From sequence record MH791411.1: DNA of 64,000 bases. One strand, given 5' to 3'. Shown here one piece after another: positions 11,561 through 19,641 of this stretch (positions are counted from its first letter, which is position 1; every line of letters starts with the position of its first letter). This DNA comes from Escherichia phage Ecwhy_1. Under the pieces are notes generated by a model. That model saw only the letters and a list, made by a program, of their open reading frames with translations, was not told the origin of the DNA and made no database searches. The position numbers and the translations under genes were made by a program.

Positions 11561-13847
11561 ACGCAATAACTTTTTCTACTGCTTTAGTGCGTTTAGGTTT
11601 GATAGCCAATTTACCATCAATCACATCAAACGTCACGTTACCACCATTAACTAGAGAACCACACAACATCTCTTTAGCTAGTGGAACACGGATGTTTTGC
11701 TCAATAGTGCGTTTCATTGGACGTGCACCCATCCCAACTTTAACACCATTTGTTGCCAACCACTCACGTGCCGCTTTAGTCAGGGAAACTTTAACTTTGC
11801 GGTCTTTGATTTGTTCATTCAGACTACCCATGAACTTATCAATGATGCTGTCAATCGCTTCGCTGCTTAGGTCTTTGAATGTCACAATACTATCGATACG
11901 GTTGATGAATTCAGGTGGCAAGAATGCTTTAATAGCTTTATCTTGTGCTGTATCACTACCGCTCATCCCAATACTACGCTTGGTTGAATCTGCTGCACCA
12001 AGGTTAGTCGTCATAATAACAGTTACGTTATTGAAGTAAACAGTTTTACCTTGTGAACCAGTCAAACGTCCTTCGTCCAGAACCTGTAGGAAGGTTAGTA
12101 GTACTTTACGATCAGCTTTTTCGATTTCATCAAGCAACAGTACTGCATTCGGGAACTGCTCAATCTTGTCGAGTAGCAGACCGTTACCAGAATCGTGACC
12201 AACATAGCCTGGAGGTGAACCAATCAGTTTAGCAACAGTATGTTCCTGTGAAAACTCGGACATATCGAAACGAATCAGTTCGGAACCAGTTGCATCAGCC
12301 AGTGCTTTGGTAATTTCAGTTTTACCAGTACCAGATGGACCAACAAACATGAATGCACCTTGAACACTTGATTTATCACGCAGACCAGCACGAGCTACCA
12401 TCACGTTATCAACCAGTTTCTGTACTGCTTCTTCTTGACCGTATACACGAGAACGGAGTGCATCTGGTAGATTACGCATACGTTCACTTTCAGTGCAAGC
12501 AACCACGTTAATATCTAGGTTTGCGATACCTGCAACAACTTCTTGAATCAGTGCAACAGTGATGATGTTATCATCAGTTTCACGAGAACGTACTTTCGCT
12601 GCTGCCGCATCCATTAGGTCGATTGCTTTGTCAGGGAAGTGTTTGTTCTTCAGGAACTTATCACTTAGTGTAATAACTGCATCCATTGCTTCAGTACTGA
12701 ACTCTACGTTATGGAAAGTTTCATAAGTAGATTTCAAACCATTCACAATCGCACGGGTTTCATCAATTGTTGGCTCAACTACATCAATTTTCATGAAACG
12801 GCGAGTTAGTGCACTATCTTTTTCGATGTTTTTACGATATTCATCGTAAGTTGTTGCACCGATTACACGAATCTCACCACGAGATAGTGCAGGTTTGAGC
12901 ATGTTGCTCATATCCATAGAACCGTTGCTTGCTGACCCAGCACCAACCATAATATGGATTTCATCGATGAACACAATAGTGTTTTCACGTTTCTTCAGTT
13001 CTTTTAGTAGGTTATCGATACGTTCTTCGAACTCACCACGGTACTTAGTACCAGCAGTCAGTGCACCTACGTTCAGAGACAGAATTTCAACATCTTTAAG
13101 ATGCTCTGGTACTTCACCATCAGCGATTGCCTGTGCTAGACCATCAATGATTTGAGTTTTACCAACACCAGCTTCACCAGTCAGGATGGCATTCTTCTTA
13201 GTCTTACGGGCCAGAGTTTCAATCAGTGCAGAAAGCTCTTTCTGGCGACCAATCATTGGGTCAAGTTTACCTTCTTTTGCAAGTGCGGTTAGGTTAGTGG
13301 TGTAATCTTCTAAACCTTTTTGTTTGGACGATGGTTGCTGTTGTGCCACTTTTTTCTCCCCAGTTGGCTCATCACTAATGCTTTGAAGGTTGATTCCGTT
13401 GTCGATTGCTTCTACGTGCTTCTGTAGAGTTCGTGCTGCTTCAGTACAAGTGATACCCTCTTCACGCAATGCTGCTTCTAGTGCAGTATTTGGGAAGGAC
13501 AAACACTCAAACAGTACAAAATAAGCATCAATTGAGAAATCATCACGTTTAAGTTGCTCAATTACTGATTTCTTAGAAAGTTCCTGAACTACACGGTTCA
13601 CGAGAAGTGATGTGCGGTTCGCTTCATCACCATCAGCACTTTTAGGTGCATGTGGGAATGTTGTATTCTTCAGATATGCAATCAAACGACCGTGTAGGTT
13701 GTCTGCATCGATGTTCATATCTTCAAATACTGCTTTGATGCTATCGATTGTCAGTACTGTAGCACTTAGATGGTCAATAGTCAAGAATGTATGACCCAGA
13801 GAAGTTGCCAGTTCGTCGCTTTTTTTGAATAATTGGGTAAGATTCAT
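11559..13847 (-). CDS. clpA: ClpA-type double-ring AAA+ unfoldase (Clp_N + D1 + D2)
   Basis: Clp_N-like N-terminus (LTIDHLSATVL). D1 has Walker A GEAGVGKT and Walker B IVFIDEIH; D2 has GPSGTGKT and LLLDEIEKA. The C-terminal third parallels recalled E. coli ClpA (TTNLGA..KRSIGM..PEFINRIDSIV, GARPMKRTIE). About 760 aa with no long M-domain, so ClpA-like rather than ClpB-like. Track start 13871 is GTG; ATG 13847 has ttaGGAGaatacATG. Confidence 0.9.
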   Translation of the reverse strand: MNLTQLFKKSDELATSLGHTFLTIDHLSATVLTIDSIKAVFEDMNIDADNLHGRLIAYLKNTTFPHAPKSADGDEANRTSLLVNRVVQELSKKSVIEQLKRDDFSIDAYFVLFECLSFPNTALEAALREEGITCTEAARTLQKHVEAIDNGINLQSISDEPTGEKKVAQQQPSSKQKGLEDYTTNLTALAKEGKLDPMIGRQKELSALIETLARKTKKNAILTGEAGVGKTQIIDGLAQAIADGEVPEHLKDVEILSLNVGALTAGTKYRGEFEERIDNLLKELKKRENTIVFIDEIHIMVGAGSASNGSMDMSNMLKPALSRGEIRVIGATTYDEYRKNIEKDSALTRRFMKIDVVEPTIDETRAIVNGLKSTYETFHNVEFSTEAMDAVITLSDKFLKNKHFPDKAIDLMDAAAAKVRSRETDDNIITVALIQEVVAGIANLDINVVACTESERMRNLPDALRSRVYGQEEAVQKLVDNVMVARAGLRDKSSVQGAFMFVGPSGTGKTEITKALADATGSELIRFDMSEFSQEHTVAKLIGSPPGYVGHDSGNGLLLDKIEQFPNAVLLLDEIEKADRKVLLTFLQVLDEGRLTGSQGKTVYFNNVTVIMTTNLGAADSTKRSIGMSGSDTAQDKAIKAFLPPEFINRIDSIVTFKDLSSEAIDSIIDKFMGSLNEQIKDRKVKVSLTKAAREWLATNGVKVGMGARPMKRTIEQNIRVPLAKEMLCGSLVNGGNVTFDVIDGKLAIKPKRTKAVEKVIA

Positions 13848-13885
13848 GTATTCTCCTAAATGAGTAGTCACTCTAATTAATAAAC

Positions 13886-13913
13886 ATTATATCACATTCT
13901 TTGCGTTTGTCAA
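13886..13913 (-). promoter_or_regulatory. Consensus sigma70-type (early) promoter of the clpA-like gene
   Basis: Minus strand reads TTGACA-aacgcaaagaatgtga-TATAAT (16-nt spacer, TGa extended -10), about 40 nt upstream of ATG 13847. Confidence 0.75.
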
Positions 13914-13918
13914 CAAGG

Positions 13919-13924
13919 TAAATA
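13919..13924 (+). promoter_or_regulatory. TAAATA late-promoter-like motif upstream of neck-position gene
   Basis: ggTAAATAaag lies 31 nt upstream of ATG 13956. Confidence 0.4.
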
Positions 13925-13955
13925 AAGATATACCCGATTTATTTTGGAGACAAAC

Positions 13956-15452
13956 ATGGCATATAGAATGTGGAAAAAAGGTAGAACCAATGATTACAAG
14001 TTCATTGACTCTGCCATAGCAGAACAATACAACATCGGTGGTGTTGACATGTGGCTTTATGCCTATGTCGGACCAAAACAAGTCGCTGATAACACTGATT
14101 TATCATACGGCGGTGATTATTATGGATCAGATAGTACCGTTGTGTCAAGCATTGGTGATTTAATTTTTGGTGACACTCCAAGTCGTAACTATAATCTCGA
14201 AGCTATCACCTTAAGTTGCGTCTACCAAGTCCAAGAAGCAACTCCTGACTTGAAAATCCCAGGATTGTTCTTCAACTTTAACACTATGGACATCACAATT
14301 CATTATAACACAATGATTCAGCGTTTGGGAAGAAAAATTATGCCAGGTGACGTAATCGAACTTCCTAACTTACGTGATTTTGATGTACTTGGTAAAGATT
14401 CTGGTTTAAACCGCTTCTATGTAGTACAAGATGGGTTTAGAACGTCAGAAGGTTACTCAGTTACATGGCAACATCACATTTACAAACTCCGTGTTAAACC
14501 TCTTACTGATTCACCAGAGTACTCTGACCTTCTAGGTAACAATAACTACCCTGATGACCCAGATGATCCAAACAACGGCAATGGTAATACTGATGATGGC
14601 TCTTCAGAGAACAGCAGCTATGGTAATGAAATGGATATTATGAACCGTATCATTATGCAAGCTGATGATGAAGTACCATACATTCATTTTACTAACGAAC
14701 ACTTGTTCGATGACAGACCAGATACTGTTGATTTGTCTAAGTATATGCTAAATGGATACGAATTACCAGAGGAACCAGCAAATAAAATGTATTTCCTCAA
14801 GAAAACTTACCCAGTACTGAAAGAACTATCTAATGATACATGGATTTCTGTAGAAGTCAAGCGTGGAACAATCTTTCCTCGCAAACCGATGGATGGTGAC
14901 TTCTTCTTTAAAGAAAACGAGGCTGATGTCACTGGCTTCTCATTGTATCAATACGATAAATCTGCCAAAAAGTGGCTAAATTGTGATGTTGAGTATACTA
15001 CAGAAAGCACACCACCACAAGGGGTTGATGATTTTTATATTGAATACAAAGAACCACACATTTATCAGTACTTAAATGGTAAATGGGGAGAACCAGAAGT
15101 AACTTACGTTAATGACCCATTCACTTCTAATAGTGTTTATGGAAATATCGATTCACAACAAGATTATCGTCCTAAGATTCCTCCAGCACGAGGTACAGTT
15201 CCTGAAGGTAATATGTTCCCAAGTGATGCAGTTGATGGTGATTACTACTATCGTACCGATTATACACCAGTAACCCTATGGGAATACAGTGCGTCCAAGA
15301 ATTCTTGGGTGATTTTCGATTACGGTGGTAGAAAACCGTGGGAAGGTGCAGATCTTGCTCTAACAGAATTTGTTAATAGCCCGAACCGTGTACCATTACA
15401 TGATGCAGTTAAACCTAATACAGCGTATCGTATACATAAGGATTCAGAATGA
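13956..15452 (+). CDS. Virion protein, putative neck protein (T4 gp14 position)
   Basis: Track start 13944 is TTG; ATG 13956 follows tttGGAGacaaac. Its stop overlaps the start of the gp15-like gene (ATGA at 15449-15452). Contains an Asp/Asn/Gly linker (PDDPDDPNNGNGNTDDGSSENSS). Function is inferred from position only. Confidence 0.55.
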   Translation: MAYRMWKKGRTNDYKFIDSAIAEQYNIGGVDMWLYAYVGPKQVADNTDLSYGGDYYGSDSTVVSSIGDLIFGDTPSRNYNLEAITLSCVYQVQEATPDLKIPGLFFNFNTMDITIHYNTMIQRLGRKIMPGDVIELPNLRDFDVLGKDSGLNRFYVVQDGFRTSEGYSVTWQHHIYKLRVKPLTDSPEYSDLLGNNNYPDDPDDPNNGNGNTDDGSSENSSYGNEMDIMNRIIMQADDEVPYIHFTNEHLFDDRPDTVDLSKYMLNGYELPEEPANKMYFLKKTYPVLKELSNDTWISVEVKRGTIFPRKPMDGDFFFKENEADVTGFSLYQYDKSAKKWLNCDVEYTTESTPPQGVDDFYIEYKEPHIYQYLNGKWGEPEVTYVNDPFTSNSVYGNIDSQQDYRPKIPPARGTVPEGNMFPSDAVDGDYYYRTDYTPVTLWEYSASKNSWVIFDYGGRKPWEGADLALTEFVNSPNRVPLHDAVKPNTAYRIHKDSE

Positions 15453-16792
15453 AAATAGATTATTATTATGATGGTCAATTTCGTCGAGTACTGAAACATC
15501 TTATCAGAGTGTTTGGTGAATTTCAAGTACAAAATGGTGTTGATGCTGACGGAAAACCAAAATATAAGAAAGTTCCTTGCCGCTATGCAGATATTTCACG
15601 TATGGCAGCAGCAATTATTAATGGTAACAGTGAGAACGTGCTTCCAACAGCACCAATCATGACCATTAGTGTAAACCAACTTAAACTAGATCGCAAGTCA
15701 GTTCGTTCAAACGCAAATGAAACATTAGTTATGGGGACTAACAAGTCCCCTGGAATTAACGAATATACTAAAGACTTAGATAAACAGTATAAAGTAACTC
15801 GTCATAACCCAGTACCTTGGACATTTACGTTTGATGTTAATATTTGGGTTACACAAACACAAACTAAAATGGAACTATTTGAGCAAATTTCAACATTGTT
15901 TGCTCCTAGTATTCAATTACAACTCTCCGAGAACCCACTGGATTGGACATCATTGAGTGATGTGGAGTTGATTGACTGTCAATTTACTACTCGTGGTTTC
16001 CCACAAGGAACCGATAGTGATTTGGATATAATGGTATTGACATTTGAAACCACAATTTGGTTCTCTTTGCCAGCTATTGTTGAGAAACCAAAACTTATCC
16101 AACAAATCACCACCAATATTAAAGGTGCTCGTGATGAACTTGATTTTGAAATTGGTAATTACTCGGATATCATTACTGATGTATTCACACCAAAGAACTT
16201 ATGTATTAAAGTTGATGAAATAACAAACTCTGAACTTAATATTCCAGATACTTACCAACTCACTCTTGTTAGTCAATCACTATCAGAAACATCACCAAAT
16301 GGTGGGATTTATTCATGGGAAAAATACCTTAAGTACTTGGACCCAGAATATGAAGACAAGACTGTAGGTATTAAATTCCAACAAGCTATAGAAGAGGATA
16401 ACCCACTAAAAGGACATATCTCTTCATTTGGGGAAGGGGCTGATTCTAACAAGATTGTAGTTCAGCTTGATAATAGTAATTATACTGTTGATTATACAAT
16501 ACATGGATTCATTAGTAAAGACTCTTTGTTATATAACGCACTACCTGAACAATATTATGTAAATAATAGCATACATAACATCATTTACAAAGAGACTGAA
16601 ATCCCAGCGAACTATTTGTTTAAAATTACCAATGATGGAGCAGAACTTATTGAGCCATCGCGAGTACACAACTATGTTTATAATATGGAAGATAGTGGAT
16701 ATTATAGATATAATGACAAATTCAAATGGCATAAGAGTATTATGTCAGTATATCGTCAGGGATATTGGAAAATAACTTTCACTGACAAATAA
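15449..16792 (+). CDS. Tail sheath stabiliser / tail completion protein (T4 gp15-like), C-terminally extended
   Basis: YYYDGQFRRVLKHLIRVFGEFQV and KYKKVPCRYA parallel recalled T4 gp15 FYNSSFRRYATLMGDLFSNIQI and KFIRVPITYA. The blocks HNPVPWTFTFDVNIW and MELFEQISTLFAPS parallel gp15 YNPSPIKMIYELSIF and FQIVEQILPYFQP. Confidence 0.7.
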   Translation: MKIDYYYDGQFRRVLKHLIRVFGEFQVQNGVDADGKPKYKKVPCRYADISRMAAAIINGNSENVLPTAPIMTISVNQLKLDRKSVRSNANETLVMGTNKSPGINEYTKDLDKQYKVTRHNPVPWTFTFDVNIWVTQTQTKMELFEQISTLFAPSIQLQLSENPLDWTSLSDVELIDCQFTTRGFPQGTDSDLDIMVLTFETTIWFSLPAIVEKPKLIQQITTNIKGARDELDFEIGNYSDIITDVFTPKNLCIKVDEITNSELNIPDTYQLTLVSQSLSETSPNGGIYSWEKYLKYLDPEYEDKTVGIKFQQAIEEDNPLKGHISSFGEGADSNKIVVQLDNSNYTVDYTIHGFISKDSLLYNALPEQYYVNNSIHNIIYKETEIPANYLFKITNDGAELIEPSRVHNYVYNMEDSGYYRYNDKFKWHKSIMSVYRQGYWKITFTDK

Positions 16793-16804
16793 GGAGGTGT
16801 TGTT

Positions 16805-17269
16805 ATGAATGAAGCAGTAGGTGCTATATTTTTATCTAAAAGTACTGGACACATGATGTTAAACTTGAGATCAGAAAGAAGTACGTATTCTAACAACTGG
16901 GCATTTGTTGGTGGGAAGCTTGAGTATAATGAAACTCCGTTACAGGGTCTTATGCGTGAGATTAAAGAAGAGCTAGGTGATTCTATTCCAACGATAATAG
17001 ATATTATACCATTTGATGTATTTTGTACGAAGAATGGTAAATTTAAATATTATTCATTTGTCATTGTAGTTGAAAATGAATTCGTACCTACTTTAAATCA
17101 TGAGAGTTCTGGTTATGCATGGGTTAAGATTGGCTCATGGCCCAAACCATTACATCCTGGTGCAAAAAACACATTACTCAACACAAATTTAATGAAGGAT
17201 TTCTATTCATTGTGGGAAAGTATACGACAAGGTACACAGTTTGTCAACAGCTTACCATATCGATATTAA
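16805..17269 (+). CDS. Nudix hydrolase
   Basis: Nudix box GGKLEYNETPLQGLMREIKEELG (GX5EX7REUXEEXGU). Strong RBS aaGGAGGtgttgttATG. Confidence 0.85.
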   Translation: MNEAVGAIFLSKSTGHMMLNLRSERSTYSNNWAFVGGKLEYNETPLQGLMREIKEELGDSIPTIIDIIPFDVFCTKNGKFKYYSFVIVVENEFVPTLNHESSGYAWVKIGSWPKPLHPGAKNTLLNTNLMKDFYSLWESIRQGTQFVNSLPYRY

Positions 17270-17270
17270 T

Positions 17271-17300
17271 AAAAAAAAGGAGCCAATGGCTCCTTTTTTC
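17271..17300. terminator. Bidirectional terminator between convergent Nudix and minus-strand cassette
   Basis: aaaaaaaa-ggagcc-aat-ggctcc-tttttt. Confidence 0.7.
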
Positions 17301-17303
17301 TTT

Positions 17304-18404
17304 TTATACCCCAATTAGTGGGATACCTGTTATATTAAGTAGAACCGATGCTTGAAGCTTAACTGACTCACCTGCCGAAAGGTTGTTTACTATACCATCG
17401 ACGCGGAACCCTAAGTTTTTATTAGAGTTAAGAGAGTTAACCACCCAGTTTTCGTAATCCGCTTTTGTAATACCATTCGGATTTGGGAGAGTTGGGTCAA
17501 CACCATTAATTACCATAGATACATCCCAATTAGGGCGACTACTTGTAATTACATCCTTGATTGATTCTAGTTGTGTTATGCGACGTGGGTCTGGAATCTG
17601 ACTTGCACCAATTGAACCAGGAACAAATGTACCTTGGTTATCAACATAGAACTGACCTTTAATGAAAAATGTTTTTGAATTATACGGAAGAGAAACAATT
17701 TCACCTGATGAATCACTAACTTCACGAATCATAATTTTCAATTCATAAAAATAGTTACTACCAAATTCAAACACACCAGTACCATTTGTAAATGTTGTCC
17801 AGTTATTTGAATCAACCTGTGAAGTACCACCCATATTGAAGTACGCTAATGGCTTAGTACTGTTACTTTGTGTAAATTCAATATATTTCTTACCTGTATC
17901 ATAGTTGATATCAAGTAGTGTGGAGTACTCTTTATTTTCTGGACGAGATGTTTGAATTTCACGCCATTCTTTATTTTTCATTAGGACACGAAGGGAATCA
18001 CCATTACTGGTAAGAACCATACGACCCATAATACTATTTTCACCATCTGGTACTGTGTTGAAAATTGAAATCATTGGGATAGATGCCCAGTCAGCTTCAG
18101 ATGCAGTATCTACTGGCTGACGAGCATTATCAACTAATGCAAGAAGTAGTTCGCCAGTGTTGCCAGTATTTCTGTACCAAATCTGACCATTAACGTTACC
18201 ACGAGGTGCAGTAGCTCCACTGAAGTTCTCAACCAAGTGGAGGAAGTTTTCGTTCCATGCTTGACCGTAACCAACTTTATTTCGACCTGCAAAGTTTAAC
18301 GGTACTGGGTTACTACCAGGTTGGTTTGGTCCTAATATTACGTTATTTGGAATGGTAGCATAAACGCTACCATTACTTCTATAAATTGTATAACTTACAC
18401 TCAT
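17304..18404 (-). CDS. Putative tail fibre / baseplate-associated structural protein
   Basis: 366-aa beta-rich ORF, last gene of a three-gene leftward cassette. The N-terminal block PLNFAGRNKVGYGQAWNENFLHLVENF resembles fibre attachment regions. No enzymatic motif. Confidence 0.5.
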   Translation of the reverse strand: MSVSYTIYRSNGSVYATIPNNVILGPNQPGSNPVPLNFAGRNKVGYGQAWNENFLHLVENFSGATAPRGNVNGQIWYRNTGNTGELLLALVDNARQPVDTASEADWASIPMISIFNTVPDGENSIMGRMVLTSNGDSLRVLMKNKEWREIQTSRPENKEYSTLLDINYDTGKKYIEFTQSNSTKPLAYFNMGGTSQVDSNNWTTFTNGTGVFEFGSNYFYELKIMIREVSDSSGEIVSLPYNSKTFFIKGQFYVDNQGTFVPGSIGASQIPDPRRITQLESIKDVITSSRPNWDVSMVINGVDPTLPNPNGITKADYENWVVNSLNSNKNLGFRVDGIVNNLSAGESVKLQASVLLNITGIPLIGV

Positions 18405-18416
18405 ATCATCACCTTA

Positions 18417-19025
18417 TTATTGTAGTTGGACACGAACTGTGTATTTGATTTGCAAAACACGGTTAGCACTTTTCTCAACTGGGTGAAAAATAATATGGGT
18501 AAGTGGAATACCGCTATCACCATTTGTATATAAACCCAATTCGTCAAATACATATGTCCCATCCATGCTAGTACCAGAGCTAACACCTTGGTCAGATGGC
18601 TCACCTAAACCTAATGTACAAATACAGACGATATCAGTGTAAGCTTGACCTGGAATGTGAACAGTTGTAATGTTGTTATATTGTGAATCAATACCAGCAG
18701 AGATACGTGGGTTGATTTTTTTCAGATAAGTCTGAGAATATAGACCACCGAAAGAAGTAACGCGTGGTTTCTTGTATGTGATACGACCAGTACTCAAAAC
18801 TACTGTTCCACCATTACCAAAACGCATCTCACTAATAGATCCAATAGGAATACCAGTACTATCTTGATTATAAGCCAACGCATTAGCAATAGCAGTACTC
18901 ATATTTTCAGGGTGAATTGCGTTTGATTTATCCAAAACGATTTTTTGGTTAGATGGATCAGTAACGTCAGTAATTAGTACATGACCCTTAACAAATAGTT
19001 TTGGTTGTTCTGTTTCTAATTTCAT
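18417..19025 (-). CDS. Hypothetical virion-associated protein
   Basis: 202-aa ORF tightly packed between neighbours (9-12 nt gaps), beta-rich composition, late-type context. Confidence 0.6.
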   Translation of the reverse strand: MKLETEQPKLFVKGHVLITDVTDPSNQKIVLDKSNAIHPENMSTAIANALAYNQDSTGIPIGSISEMRFGNGGTVVLSTGRITYKKPRVTSFGGLYSQTYLKKINPRISAGIDSQYNNITTVHIPGQAYTDIVCICTLGLGEPSDQGVSSGTSMDGTYVFDELGLYTNGDSGIPLTHIIFHPVEKSANRVLQIKYTVRVQLQ

Positions 19026-19034
19026 TTCTAATCC

Positions 19035-19532
19035 TTAGTAGTTAATTAAAATTTGTTCTAACTTACCAGCTAAACTTTTTTGTACATCAGATGGATACTT
19101 GCTAATGTAATCACGGTCAATACCAACTTTCAGATAGGTAAAGTTTCCGGTTAAGGTTTCAGCGAATGTACCAGTTGTACCTTGTTCTCTAATAAGGTCA
19201 CCACCATTTGGGTTAAGAATGACATTATCAGTAAATTCAAGATAGAAGTTGCAGCTTTCGGTAAATTTAATTGGGAACCAATCATCGTCAGATGGATTAC
19301 TTGCCAGTGTAGCGAGTACGTAAATTCTACCAATGAAGTTACGTAGGGTAAAGGATATTGTATGTAATCCTGTAGTACTACCATAATAGCCGCCACTAGC
19401 TAATGGTAATGTTTGTTCGTTCCAATGATAATCTAAGTTAGCAGGATACCAGCTATCTGATTCAGGAAATTCTTGCCATGAACCATCTTTAGTTTTTCTT
19501 TTGAAGAGGAAGTCTTTTGATCTTAATGCCAT
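19035..19532 (-). CDS. Hypothetical virion-associated protein
   Basis: 165-aa ORF, first gene of the leftward cassette, with a TAAATA motif 31 nt upstream. Confidence 0.6.
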   Translation of the reverse strand: MALRSKDFLFKRKTKDGSWQEFPESDSWYPANLDYHWNEQTLPLASGGYYGSTTGLHTISFTLRNFIGRIYVLATLASNPSDDDWFPIKFTESCNFYLEFTDNVILNPNGGDLIREQGTTGTFAETLTGNFTYLKVGIDRDYISKYPSDVQKSLAGKLEQILINY

Positions 19533-19563
19533 TGTTAAGCCCTTTTAGTAGTGAACTTTCATT

Positions 19564-19569
19564 TATTTA
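19564..19569 (-). promoter_or_regulatory. TAAATA late-promoter-like motif (leftward cassette)
   Basis: Minus strand attaaTAAATAaatg lies 31 nt upstream of ATG 19532. Divergent with the motif at 19600-19605. Confidence 0.4.
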
Positions 19570-19599
19570 TTAATGGCAACGAAATGTATTTTGTACTGA

Positions 19600-19605
19600 T
19601 AAATA
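19600..19605 (+). promoter_or_regulatory. TAAATA late-promoter-like motif (fibre operon)
   Basis: ctgaTAAATAttgg lies 36 nt upstream of ATG 19642. Confidence 0.4.
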
Positions 19606-19641
19606 TTGGTATATGACATTAACTCATACAAGGGAAATATT

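Noticed and set aside
11587-13794. Plus-strand ORFs inside the clpA-like gene (11587-12039, 12895-13155, 13612-13794)
   Set aside because: They are antisense to a gene with unmistakable AAA+ motifs. They have low-complexity Ser/Leu/Arg-rich translations and no RBS.
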